From an uncultured delta proteobacterium (GTDB lineage Bacteria > Desulfobacterota > Binatia > Binatales > Binataceae): 64,000 nucleotides of DNA. The notes beneath the pieces were generated by a model. It saw nothing but the letters and a program-made list of their open reading frames with translations. It ran no database searches and had not been told where the DNA came from. Within the stretch, counting starts at the first letter, position 1; each line of letters starts with the position of its first letter. Positions 22,376 to 32,553 of this stretch are shown here, piece by piece. The stretch lies in assembly GCA_963842085.1 (NCBI GenBank), contig CAWJET010000001.1, forward strand, positions 2,528,001-2,592,000, given 5' to 3'. Position numbers and translations under genes: made by a program.

Positions 22376-23329
22376 ATGCCGACGCACCCAATTCGATTTG
22401 GCCTTCAAACCGGTCAGCAACTCGTGGACTGGAACGAACTGAAAGAGCTATGGCGCAGCGCCGACGGTTGGGGTTACGACTCGCTCTGGACCTTTGATCA
22501 TTTCTATCCAATCTTCGTTCCCGACCCGACCGGACCGTGCCTTGAAGGATGGACCACGCTCACCGCGCTCAGTCAGCAGACCAAGCGCGCGCGAATCGGC
22601 GCAATGGTAAACGGCAACACTTATCGCAACCCGTGCATCACGGCAAAGATGGCGGCGACGCTCGATCACGTCAGCGACGGCCGTCTGAATCTCGGCATCG
22701 GCGCGGGATGGTTCGAGCTCGAGCATCGCAGCTTCGGCATTGACTTCAAGACGATTCCCGGACGGCTGCAGGCGCTCGACGAATCGCTGCAAATTATCAA
22801 AGGGATGTTCGAGCAGGAAAAAACAACTTTGCACGGGCGCCACTACAACGTGACCGACGCGGTCTGCAGTCCGAAGCCCATCCAGAAGCCGCATCCACCA
22901 ATCATGATCGGCGGCCAGGGCCAGAAGGTATTGCTAAAAATCGTCGCCAAGCACGCTGACATGTGGAACGTCCCGGGCGCGAGCGCAGAACGATACGCCG
23001 AACTGTTGAAAGTGATCGAACGACACGGCGACACCGTCGGCCGCGACACTGATCAGATCGAGAAGACGATCATGATGGGGTTGTGCTATCGAGCGCCGGC
23101 GGAGCGAGAAAACGCCGCGCTCGCGCGAGTTGCCGCGATGTCGGGTGCCTCGGCCGAGCAAGCGCGCCGCCAGCTAATGATCGGCTCGCGCGAGGAATGC
23201 CTGGCGACGATCGATCGCTACGTCAAGGTTGGCGTCACGCACTTCATCTTCACGCTGCCGCGGCCGTTCTTCGCGGATGAAGTTCAGCGCTTTGCCGAAG
23301 AGGTGATTCCCGCGGTGCGCCCGAACTAG
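22376..23329 (+). CDS. LLM-class F420-dependent oxidoreductase (TIGR03560-like)
   Basis: GYDSLWTFDHF, EGWTTL, GNTYRNP, TLDHVSDGRLNLGIGAGW and PKPIQKPHPPIMIGG motifs; AGGAGG RBS. Confidence 0.9.
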   Translation: MPTHPIRFGLQTGQQLVDWNELKELWRSADGWGYDSLWTFDHFYPIFVPDPTGPCLEGWTTLTALSQQTKRARIGAMVNGNTYRNPCITAKMAATLDHVSDGRLNLGIGAGWFELEHRSFGIDFKTIPGRLQALDESLQIIKGMFEQEKTTLHGRHYNVTDAVCSPKPIQKPHPPIMIGGQGQKVLLKIVAKHADMWNVPGASAERYAELLKVIERHGDTVGRDTDQIEKTIMMGLCYRAPAERENAALARVAAMSGASAEQARRQLMIGSREECLATIDRYVKVGVTHFIFTLPRPFFADEVQRFAEEVIPAVRPN

Positions 23330-24111
23330 CGCGCGGTGAGCAACACGCAGTCGGCGGCGTCGGCGTGGGCAGCGTCGAAGGGTGCTGCGATTCCAGCAAA
23401 TGCGCCCGAGTCGAGGTCGCGCTCCAGCTCGGCCAGTCCGCTGGCAACTCCTGCGCTCGCCAGGCGCCGAAATCCGGAAGTCGAGGCACGGAACCCGGGA
23501 TCGAACAGGAGGTCGGGCCGCGTGCGTGCCGCTTCAAAGGTAAGGTCGCCCCGCCCCGAGTAAAAGATCTTCGCTGCCGCGACGCGTGAAAATCCAGCGT
23601 GAAACATCGCAGTGATCAGGCCGCCGAGCGTCGGATGAAGCGGTAGCAGCACCTCGTCGATCTCGGGAAAATAATGGCGATACCACAGCGTCTCGAGGTT
23701 CTCGCGGACGACCGCCTGCAGCACGGCGGCGGCCCGCGCCACACGCCTGAATTCGGCGAGCACGGCCGCAAGAACCGGGAGATGGTGCAATACGTTGACT
23801 CCGGCGACCGCGTCCACCGAGCGCGGGCGAAGCGGGAGCGACGATGCGTCAGCGAGAATCCATCGCGCCGACGCCTTCCGCGCGCCGATTTCAACCATCG
23901 CAGGCGACCGATCGAGCGCAATCACCGAAAATCCGCTCGCCGTCAATGCGCCGGTGTAATTCCCAGTGCCGGCGCCGACTTCGAGTACGGATCTAACGCG
24001 TAAGTGCCGCAGGACTTCGACCAGCGCGACAGCAATCGCGGGCTCGACGCCCCGCGAATTGTCATACCCGGAGACAACTGGTCCATAGTTAATGGAAGTC
24101 GGAACTGGCAC
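23326..24111 (-). CDS. Class I SAM-dependent methyltransferase
   Basis: VLEVGAGTG motif I; LDRSPAM; ADASSLPL; VLHH. Confidence 0.85.
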   Translation of the reverse strand: MPVPTSINYGPVVSGYDNSRGVEPAIAVALVEVLRHLRVRSVLEVGAGTGNYTGALTASGFSVIALDRSPAMVEIGARKASARWILADASSLPLRPRSVDAVAGVNVLHHLPVLAAVLAEFRRVARAAAVLQAVVRENLETLWYRHYFPEIDEVLLPLHPTLGGLITAMFHAGFSRVAAAKIFYSGRGDLTFEAARTRPDLLFDPGFRASTSGFRRLASAGVASGLAELERDLDSGAFAGIAAPFDAAHADAADCVLLTAR

Positions 24112-24298
24112 CGCAAAAACTCAATGAGGTGTTCAAAACAGACGATGCGCTCCCGGCAGGTGTGAGGCAAACGGCCCCAATGTTGGGGGTGTTCTGAATC
24201 GCGCCATACAGACTGCTAATGACGTCGACGTGAGTCTTTCTCGCCACCGCCGGCTTCGCTAATCTGCTATTTCCGTCGGCGGCAGTGCGCGATGGAGA

Positions 24299-24374
24299 GC
24301 CACCCTAGCTCAGTTGGTAGAGCAGCTGATTCGTAATCAGCAGGTCGCCGGTTCGAATCCGGCGGGTGGCTCCA
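24299..24374 (+). tRNA. tRNA-Thr(CGT)
   Basis: GCCACCC/GGGTGGC acceptor stem, AGCTCAGTTGGTAGAGC D arm, GCTGA-TTCGTAA-TCAGC anticodon arm, GGTTCGAATCC T loop, encoded CCA. Confidence 0.97.
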
Positions 24375-24439
24375 GAAAACCCCACGCAGAGAACGAGTTC
24401 AACTCACCGAAGCAAAACGCTTGCCCACAAAAGCCAATC

Positions 24440-25522
24440 TATTGGTGCTTGCATAATATAGATACATATGCTAGCCTACTGACATGGGTAATCCAGCAGG
24501 AGTGCGGCGGGACTTCGAGGCACTGGAACGGCGGCGGATGGAGGCGGCGCGATTGCTCAAGCAGGGCGTGAGCCAGAGCGAAGTGGCTCGGCGCCTTGGC
24601 GTGCACCGGCAATCGGTGATCCGCTGGGCGCGGCAGCTGGCGCAGGCGGGCCGGGTTGGTTTGAAGAAGGCGGGTCGCGCCGGACGCAGGCCCAAGCTCG
24701 GGGCTGGCCAACTGCGCAAGATCGAGCAAGCGCTCAAGCGCGGGCCCGAGGCCCTCGGATACCCCAACGGGTTGTGGACTGCGGGTCGGGTGCGCGAGCT
24801 AATCGAAGGGCAGACCGGAGTGCAATATCACGAGGCCCACGTCTGGCGCATTCTGCGCAAGTTGGGCTGGAGCTGCCAGCGTCCGAGCGGGCGGGCCTTG
24901 GAGCGTGACGAGCAGGCCATTCGGCACTAGAAGCAGTACCGTTGGCCGCAGATTAAAAAAAAGCGTTCTGCGAGAGGCGCACCATCGTCTTCATCGACGA
25001 GAGCGGATTGAGCGAACGGCCCCATCGCTGTCGCACCTGGGCGCCGCGCGGGCAGACCCCGGTACTGCAGTACCACTTCAACTGGAAGACGCTGTCGGCG
25101 ATGGCGGGAGTGAGCTGGTGGAATTTCTACTTTCGGCTCTTTCCCGGCGCCATTCGCAGTCCGCAAGTGGTGGAGTTCCTGCGCCATCTGATGCGCCATC
25201 TGCGGGGCAGGCTGCTGATTGTTTGGGACGGCTTGCGCGCCCATCGCAGTCGCCTGGTGTGGGACTTTGTTCGCCACCGGCGCGGGCGGCTGTGGCTGGA
25301 ATTTCTTCCCGCCTATGCACCGGAACTCAACCCGGTCGAGTACCTGTGGTCGCACTGGAAACAACACCAACTATCCAACTTCTGTCCGCAGACCTTCGCC
25401 CAGTTGAGCCACCACGCGCGCCGCGCACTCACACGCATGCGCCGCCGGCCCGCTCTGGTCATGGCCTTCTGGGAGCAAGCCGAACTGTTCCCCTTGTAAC
25501 TATATTATACAATCCTCAAATA
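24440..25522 (+). mobile_element. IS630-family insertion sequence, probably inactive (HTH ORF 24484-24930 plus DDE ORF to 25499)
   Basis: Imperfect IRs TATTGGTGCTTGCATAATATAGATACA / TGTAACTATATTATACAATCCTCAAATA with TA at both ends; winged-HTH; FIDESG, WDG..AH and LPAYAPELNPVE DDE motifs; A8G slippery site at 24955-24963; in-frame TAG (probably from TGG) at 24928. Confidence 0.92.
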
Positions 25523-25601
25523 AGTATTTCAGTGGAGACGGACGTGGGAGACGGGAGGGTGTAGGGGGGCGAGCCTGCGACTGGATGGCCGGGTGACCCC
25601 C
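25523..25601. repeat. Intergenic repeat family: partial module B (+) and inverted module A
   Basis: AGTATTTCAGTGGAGACGG...GGGAGGGTG, then GGGGGGCGAGCC...CCGGGTGACC (reverse complement of module A). Confidence 0.65.
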
Positions 25602-26713
25602 ACGCCTTTCCAGTCGCGACATGCACCGGGAACGAGAGGTAAGCGGGCAGCTACGGCAAATCCAATGGCCCGCGCTCTTGCAACTCGTGGTCGATCGAAC
25701 GGCGCGGTTTTTGGAGAGGGTAGTCCGCGGGCCAGAGTGGACAAAATTTAAGGAGGCGGCGCCTCAGTTTTCCAAGGCGCGAGGATCTTGCCTGGTTTAT
25801 CTCAGGTTTCCAATACCGGATTCCAATCGACCTGGTTGGCAGCATCCTCGCGCCCTCCCAGTCCATTCACACCTTTCATCCCGCTCATCCGAACCGCCCG
25901 CTTCCTATGGGCAGCAATGAATGTGCCACGAGCGATTGGTAAATAACGCTCCGAATAGGCGGCGCGCTCCTGCTATCAATCAGCCGATAGCTACAAATTG
26001 TAGAATTACTGCAACGATGTGTCGCTAACGCTACTTATCTTGATTGCGATGACCGACTTTTACGGAACGGGTGGCTGAGAGCCCGCGGGCTGGAAAGGCA
26101 ATGGTCTTCAGCACTTACTTGATTCGCCAGTACAGAGTTTCCTTCGGCCAGGGCATCACGAACAGATCGAGAAGAGACGATGCTCGACTGTTCGGCTCGG
26201 GCGATGCGGTCATTTGGCGCCGTGCCGAGCTTCGGGATGCGCGGAGCGTCGCCGAGCCCGCGCCGAGATGCCAGCAGTCGATCCGACGTCAACGTTGAAC
26301 CGATTGCGCAACTGGGCGGAAGCCCCTTCGGGCCTACTCGCTAACGGCCGGCTGTTTCCAGACTGGTGAAGGTTGACCTACGGCGAGCCGATCCCACTCG
26401 CGCCGCTCTCTCAACGGTCGCGCCGCATGGAGAGTGAGCGCTCGTGGACGACGCATACCGTGTGTCAAGCAGCTATCGATAACCGCTATCGGGTGGTTCC
26501 TGGCGAATCGGTGGAACTGCCGTCCGCATGATGGTGGATCAGCTTCCATTTGCCCTCTTCGAGCCGGAAGATGTTGGTTGCGCGTTGATAGTAACAGAGG
26601 CTTATGCGGCTTCAACTCTCACCTGTTTCGTGTCTCGCCATTGCAAACCGACTCTTCAGAATAGCTATGGCGATTGAGATTTTCGCCGCGCGTGAGCTAT
26701 AAGGGAATTGGGT

Positions 26714-26926
26714 TTAGTCGGTGAACACTTCCAGTCCAGCCTTTCCCAGCGTTGTCAGAGCTGCCGCCTTATCAAACGGATTAACAAGAACCACCGCGCA
26801 GCCGTTAGCGATGCCGCCTGGACGAGCGGAGAAGATACGCGACTGATGGAGAACAGTGCAGGCGTGCGCGACGAGTCCATCGGATGGGTGGCCTGCGGGG
26901 TCGGGCGGTCGTACGAAGATTCTCAT
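26714..26926 (-). CDS. Small hypothetical protein
   Basis: 70-aa ORF (MRIFVRPPDP...GLEVFTD) with globular-looking composition; same strand as the neighbouring cargo genes. Confidence 0.4.
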   Translation of the reverse strand: MRIFVRPPDPAGHPSDGLVAHACTVLHQSRIFSARPGGIANGCAVVLVNPFDKAAALTTLGKAGLEVFTD

Positions 26927-27166
26927 GCCTGAGACCTCAGAGATTAGATACGCAGGAACGTACCAGCGGCTCAAGTTAATGACAAGAGTACGACCTCGCA
27001 ATCACAGCTTACGAACGTACGAAATAAACGAACTGTCAGGGTCTAAATGAGGACTTTGCGTCTCTACGCCCGTCCCTTCGAGGGCAACGTGTCGTTGGCG
27101 ACTCGGTCATCGGCGAGCCAGCGCAGGGAGTGCGCCAGCGCCGCGCCGCCGTTCTCGCGTACCCAC

Positions 27167-27280
27167 CACCCTGATATCCGGGCGCCAAGGGCTCGCCACC
27201 CATCGATGCCTGGGAATGGATGGTGCACTGTCGTACAGCCGGTGCGGTACTCTTTAGGGAAGTGTGGAGAAGGGAGGGTG
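27167..27280 (+). repeat. Intergenic repeat family copy (A+B)
   Basis: CACCCTGATATCCGGGCGCCAAGGGCTCGCCACCCATCGA...GGTGCACTGTCGTACAGCCGGTGCGGTA. Confidence 0.85.
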
Positions 27281-27315
27281 TGAGGTCGTCCGGAGCATGA
27301 TTGAGCTTGCGGGTG

Positions 27316-27472
27316 GAGTTATTGTCAAATGTTGTGGATCCGCCGGTCATGATCAGGCGGCTTCCCTTGGTTGACTGTGAGTTGATTGGATAAGGTGATT
27401 GGCCGGATCGACTTGGACACCATCGGCGAACTTCACCCCGGCACGAATCAGCGGCAATAGCTCCAGTCTGGA
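27316..27472 (-). mobile_element. IS256-family 3' remnant with right IR
   Basis: LLPLIRAGVKFADGVQV...EAA-stop, followed by ATCCACAACATTTGACAATAACTC. Confidence 0.75.
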
Positions 27473-27480
27473 GTTGTGGT

Positions 27481-27660
27481 GAATGAAGGATGGTACGTTG
27501 TGGGACAGCAGCACGGTTAGTATTTCAGCGAAGACAGGCAAAGAACAGAAAAGGGTAAGGTCACCCGGATATCCGGACGCCAGAGGCTCGACCTCCCATC
27601 CATGCCTGCTGGGTGTACGACGTGACTATTCCGGCTTGAGACGAACAGAAGCGGGAGGGG
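27481..27660 (+). repeat. Intergenic repeat family copies (B, A, degenerate B)
   Basis: TATTTCAGCGAAGACAGGCAAAGAACAGAAAAGGGTAAGGTCACCCGGATATCCGGACGCCAGAGGCTCG. Confidence 0.9.
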
Positions 27661-27727
27661 CTGATCTCGCTCATAGACGATGAGACATTGGATCATCCAT
27701 GGAGCCTTTCATCGTCGGCAGGCGTTT

Positions 27728-28186
27728 CTATTTTTTCTGTATCGTCTCGACGTAACGAACGATCTCGGTAATTCTCTGTTTTACCGCGGCGTCGTTCTCA
27801 GGAGTGAGCTGGTGGCCTTGGTTCTGGAGATACGTGCCCCAGAACGGCATCGCGAACCGCTTGTGCGAATCCATCATTCCTCGGCCGTCGACTATCCGAT
27901 ACACCTTCTCGAAGGGGAATTTACCACCGTTCCTCGAGCTGATGTCAGTGAGGTCCGGTGGATTCGTCTCTGTAAGGTCTCTTCCTTTTCCAGTACCGTC
28001 AGTTCCGTGACAGGGAGCGCAAAGCTGTTCGAAATCATGTTTGCCGGTAGACTGGCTGACGGCGCTCGTTCCGCCACCAAATACCACAAGAAGACAGGCC
28101 ATCGCACCAATCGCTGCTGCAGAAAGAGCTTGCCGAATTGACCGTCTTGTGATGCTCACCTCGGTTCGTCGGTTCATCTGGTTCAC
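27728..28186 (-). CDS. Monoheme class I cytochrome c
   Basis: Signal peptide; CAPCH heme motif; PPDLT...NGGKFP; distal Met in AMPFWG; GTG start with a GAGG RBS. Confidence 0.9.
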   Translation of the reverse strand: MNQMNRRTEVSITRRSIRQALSAAAIGAMACLLVVFGGGTSAVSQSTGKHDFEQLCAPCHGTDGTGKGRDLTETNPPDLTDISSRNGGKFPFEKVYRIVDGRGMMDSHKRFAMPFWGTYLQNQGHQLTPENDAAVKQRITEIVRYVETIQKK

Positions 28187-28248
28187 GTTCGCCTCACCTG
28201 TCGAAAGCTGCTCGTAGAAATAATGTGACAAATCGAACGCTCCGGCGA

Positions 28249-28387
28249 GGGGGTCACCCAGATATTCGGGCGCCAGAGGCTCGCCCCCCATCGACATGCG
28301 GATGGTGCACTTCCCGGAGGGTGCGCTCTGGTACACCCGGTGCGGTAACTATTTCAGCGAACACGGGCAAGAACAGAAAAGGGTAAC
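28249..28387 (+). repeat. Intergenic repeat family, full copy (A+B)
   Basis: GGGGGTCACCCAGATATTCGGGCGCCAGAGGCTCGCCCCCCATCGA...GGTGCGGTAACTATTTCAGCGAACACGGGCAAGAACAGAAAAGGGTAAC. Confidence 0.92.
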
Positions 28388-28495
28388 TTGCCGTCGGATC
28401 AGCTTGCGTACCCCCTCTCTAGGGGTTGCCTCTTCCACCCCCGCGCAGAGAGTGCCTGCTTCAATCCCTCTATAGCAAATGGTCTCGTTGCACCA

Positions 28496-30813
28496 TCAGG
28501 GAAGGTCCGGCGAGATCGATGCTATCGACTGTCTCAGGGCCTTCAACTGGTTATAGATCCCCACCAGCTTCCCGCGATTGCGCTGATTTGCGGCCTTCTT
28601 CAACTCGACCTGGAGGTTCTTTGCCTGGGTCTGAACGGTGAGGTAATTGTCCGGCACGGTCACGTGCGCGCCCGCAATGACGCGGTCAACGTCGCCAAGA
28701 TCCGAGGTGCAGTTGAGGACCGGTACTGTAATGGGCAAGCCGGCATCAATTCGATTGATGGAATCGTCCACCAGCCGCTCGCAATCGGCGATGCTGTATA
28801 CGGTGCTCAACGCGCGCAGGAAGAACCCGATCTGATTCAATACCTGCTGCGTGTCGCCGCCGGTATAGGTGCTCGCCAGGCTGTTGAGCGAAAAGGCGCC
28901 GCAAGAAGGAATCCCCCTTGGGCAATTTCTGCCTGTTGGGACAGCAGTATGCGCCACGCCGGCTACCGATTGGTCGAAGGCAGGGCTGAAGTAGAACGAC
29001 GCGGCATCCTCGATATTGGTGGCGATTCCGCTGTCGTGGAAGAACGCATTCTTGCGAGGGGCTTCGATGATCGACTGGATATTAAAGTCGCCCTGAACCG
29101 CTCCCGGATCCTGCGGAATCACGACCGGGGAAACCACCTCGTTTAGCGCAAGCGAGCCACCGGAGCCCGAAAAACTGGCGAACGGATCGCCAAGATCCCT
29201 CAAGCCGTCTGCATTAGTGTCTGAGATAAAGTTTCTTCCCGCTTTGCCCAGCCGTTGACTAGCGATTCCAAGATTGAGCCAGGTGATTTCGTTATCTACC
29301 ACCGTGTCTCCGATCACGGTTGGCCAAGCCGGCTCGACCGCGCCAGAAGTCCCAACAGCACCGGCGCTGCTGGTGTAGGCGAGGAAGAGATACGGATTGG
29401 TCGAATCGGTCGGCGTTACAACACCCCATACCATATCGGTCGGTGAGCCGATCGCCGGGATGTACGTCTGATCTGGCTGCCATGTCGTCGAGACATTTTC
29501 CGGGCTGACGACCAGCGCCGGCGCTACAGCCGGCACTCCGAGATCGTCACCGATAGTGTCCTGTGCTCCGCCGTTGAAGTGGCAGAGATTACAGCTCGCA
29601 CGGCTGTCGAGAAAGATTGCCTTGCCCGTCTCCGCAACAGCGTCGTTGAAGGTGATTACGCTTTGCGAGAATGAAGTCTGAGTTCCGTTCCTGCCTGTGG
29701 CGAAAGCGCTGGCCGAGAACTGCGCGCCCGTGCAAATCGCCGAGGGAGCCGAGTTGGAACAGAGCGCGAGTTCGAATTGGCGGCCTAGGTATTCCTGGAA
29801 TGCTGCCATCGCGTCGAGTTCGGCGGCAGTTGGGCATCGAAAATCGGGGCCGGGAACCCGGTTCAGCTGCGCGTAAAATGTTTGCGGACCGCGCCAAGTG
29901 AAAATGTCCGGAGCGCAAGCGTGAGATCGGTCGGACGCGCCGCAAACTCATTGATCGCGTCAACGCAGTCGGCGTTCTTCGGAGAATTGGCAATTATCGA
30001 CGGATCGATCAGGGCACCGTCTCCACCCCATCCAAGTTCAATATCCCGGGTGCCGTCGTCGGCGACGCCTCCTCCGATAGCTGCACCCGGACAAGGTGCA
30101 GCAACTATCATGAAGCCGCCGCTGCCTGTGCCCGAGGTCACCGACGCGAAAGTGAACTGCGTCGCCGAGAGCACGCCGGAGGCTGTAGTAGGCGCGATCA
30201 GGCCAGTTACCGTTGCGGTCGCATTGAATCCATCAATCGAATTGTTTTCGAATGAGATTGTCTCTCCTTCGAAAAGCTCCATGGGTTCGATCATCGTCAC
30301 GGTAGCAGTCGCACCGTCGCCCGTGATCGAGGAAACCACCCCGGAATTCACGCAGAGGTTCGAGGTCGTAAACGCCAAACCTCCGAGCGCCATCGAAGCC
30401 CGGAGCGGACCTTCGGGGTTGTTGACGTTGCCCGGGGGTCCGTTCGCGATGTTGAACAACGTTAGCTTCTGAACTGTCGTCGGGTTTTCAAGATTCGGGT
30501 TCTTAGTCGCCAGAACCAGGTTCCTGTCGTGAGCACTCATCGAGGCGAGGTCCGAGGGAGCCAGGCCGTAGTCGTGCTCGGGTATATGGCAGGTCTTGCA
30601 GGTGCGGCCGTTGCCGTTGAATGTTTCCTGGGTGAAAAGCTTGAATCCCTTATCGATCAGCTTCGCGCTTTTTACGTCGAACGCCCACGCGCTTCTCGGG
30701 GTAATCGTCCCCAGAGCCAGCAAAACCAGGGCATCGAATGTGAGGATCCACCGCCACGTGGTTTGCCTCGCGACTGTTTCACGGAAAGAAGTTAGTGCCG
30801 TCTGCATTTTCAA
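28496..30813 (-). pseudogene. Di-heme cytochrome c peroxidase/MauG-like exported protein with inserted beta domains, one frameshift
   Basis: ETFNGNGRTCKTCH (heme 1) and CNLCH (heme 2); FFHD; adding one base at ~29865 restores HFTRSLNRVPGPDFRCPTAAELDAMAAFQ across the two ORFs. Confidence 0.8.
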
Positions 30814-31096
30814 CGCAAATCCTCCTGTTCCGGACAGGCACGCCGATCCCCGCACTGAGCGTTGAACGTGGCCGCGACCCCGAGCGCCAACTGCACGGAG
30901 TTTCCCCGAGCGCGAACATAGCAGGCGCCCACAGATAGGCAAAACGGACGCAGCCTTGAATAACCATCATTTGAGTCTCCAAGAAGTCGTTTCCGGCGGC
31001 TACACTGCGATCAGTTTTCTTTAAGCAGCAAGGGTGAAGATTTTCACGAGCATCGGGACGAGAGCAAGCCTGGTTCCAATCCGCCCCGTAGTGCAA

Positions 31097-31396
31097 CTCG
31101 CTCACCATCGATCTCTGAAGGGGTGCTCACAGCAAGGATGGTCAGGCGTGGTCACCCGGATAATCCGGCGCCAGGGGCTCACCCCCCATCGATCCGCGGA
31201 TGCGCGCACTTCCCGGAGGGTGCACTGTCGTTCAGCGGTGCGGTAACTATTTCAGCGAAGACGGGCAAGAACAGAAAAGGGTAAGGTCGCCCGGATATCC
31301 GGGCACCAGGGGCTCGCCCCCCGTCGGTGTGTGGATGATGCACCCGGTGCGGTAACTGTTTCAGCGAGGATGGGCGCGGACATGGGGAGGGAGGTG
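31097..31396 (+). repeat. Intergenic repeat family: partial copy plus two tandem copies (31150-31283, 31285-31396)
   Basis: GGTCACCCGGATAATCCGGCGCCAGGGGCTCACCCCCCATCGA...TAACTATTTCAGCGAAGACGGGCAAGAACAGAAAAGGGTAA, then GGTCGCCCGGATATCCGGGCACCAGGGGCTCGCCCCCC. Confidence 0.92.
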
Positions 31397-31675
31397 CTGA
31401 CTGGGGTTGGCCCCGGCTGGCGTTCTCGTGCGCCGGCCCGTTCTTTTTCCCGATTGCGGCGAGTATCTATCCGGGGGCTTATGTGCTACACGACGATCAG
31501 GAAGCAGGCTGCGTCGAACATCCGAGGCACATTAGGCTCTCGCAGAACGGAGCCGGGAACCTCGGGCGCACAACCTGCTTTTTCGACGTCAAATACCGGG
31601 TCACAGCAGCGAGCGCAGCGGTGTGGCGGCGCTGTTTTAGCAAACACGGTGATGAAAAGCCGCGCTCGGCGTTCG

Positions 31676-31915
31676 TCAGACGTCGCGAATCATGTGCGAG
31701 ATCCAGACCAAGATGACGGCACCGATGGTCGCGATGACGATGCCACCGATCAAACCGTTGGGTCCGGGAATGCCGAGCGCGCCGAATAGCGAGCCGCCGA
31801 CGAGGCCTCCTATCAGGCCGAGTATGAGATCGCCGATTAATCCGAAACCTTCGCCATGCACGAGCTTGCCGGCCAGCCAGCCCGCGATAATTCCGACTAC
31901 GATCCAGTAAAGCAT
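31676..31915 (-). CDS. GlsB/YeaQ/YmgE (transglycosylase-associated) small membrane protein
   Basis: WIVVGIIAGWLAG...GFGLIGDLILGLIGGLVG...IATIGAVIL. Confidence 0.92.
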   Translation of the reverse strand: MLYWIVVGIIAGWLAGKLVHGEGFGLIGDLILGLIGGLVGGSLFGALGIPGPNGLIGGIVIATIGAVILVWISHMIRDV

Positions 31916-32153
31916 CGTGGGGTCCTCATTGCATTTTTCTCGAAGTGATCTGCACTCGCATTGGTAGCGACCTCTGGATGGCACATCCTGCGCGCGGTCA
32001 GCAAGCAACCAGCACGGATTTGTCCACAATCTCCAAGCCTCGCTTTCGCTGGCGCTCGATGACGATGTCGCAGTGCTGCTTGCACAGTTCGATCTGGCGA
32101 ACGTATCTGCCAGGCGCCATCAACCTTCTCGGCGATCGGTGTCGCGCGCTCCT

Positions 32154-32410
32154 GGTCACCCTGATCTCAGGGTCGCCAGGGGCTCGTCCCCCATCGATGC
32201 CAAGAGTGGTGCTCACAGCAAGGATGGTCGCACTGTTGTACGGGTGGTGCGCCTAACTATTTCAGTGGAGATGGAACGTGGAGATGAGACGGGGTCACCC
32301 GGATCTCCCCAGGCTCGCCCCCCTGGAGTGGTGCTGAATGAGGGATGGTGCATTGTCGGACAGCCAGCGCATCAACTATTCCAAGAAAGTAGGACCTGAA
32401 GAGGAGGGTG
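32154..32410 (+). repeat. Intergenic repeat family, two tandem divergent copies
   Basis: GGTCACCCTGATCTCAGGGTCGCCAGGGGCTCGTCCCCCATCGA...GGTGCGCCTAACTATTTCAG; GGGGTCACCCGGATCTCCCCAGGCTCGCCCCCC...CAACTATTCC. Confidence 0.88.
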
Positions 32411-32553
32411 AAGCATCAGAAGTTCGCCATGGGGCTTTAGCTAGTCAGGGGTTGCCGTGAGTGTTTGGGTACACGGTCTAGCGCGAAACGACCTTGAGTT
32501 TAGTTCTTTTCAGGCTTTGCCAACCCAGCCGGGATTGCGGGAGTGGTGCGTCC

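Noticed and set aside
24928-24930. Pyrrolysine or programmed TAG read-through in the IS630 transposase
   Set aside because: The position fits a Trp (TGG to TAG) nonsense mutation, and no pyl genes are seen.
26570-26610. TGGTTGCG motif as a possible reverse tRNA 3' fragment (att site)
   Set aside because: The match is too short and no T-arm sequence follows.
29863-29865. Selenocysteine or TGA read-through joining the two peroxidase ORFs
   Set aside because: The downstream ORF is in a different frame; a one-base deletion explains the break.
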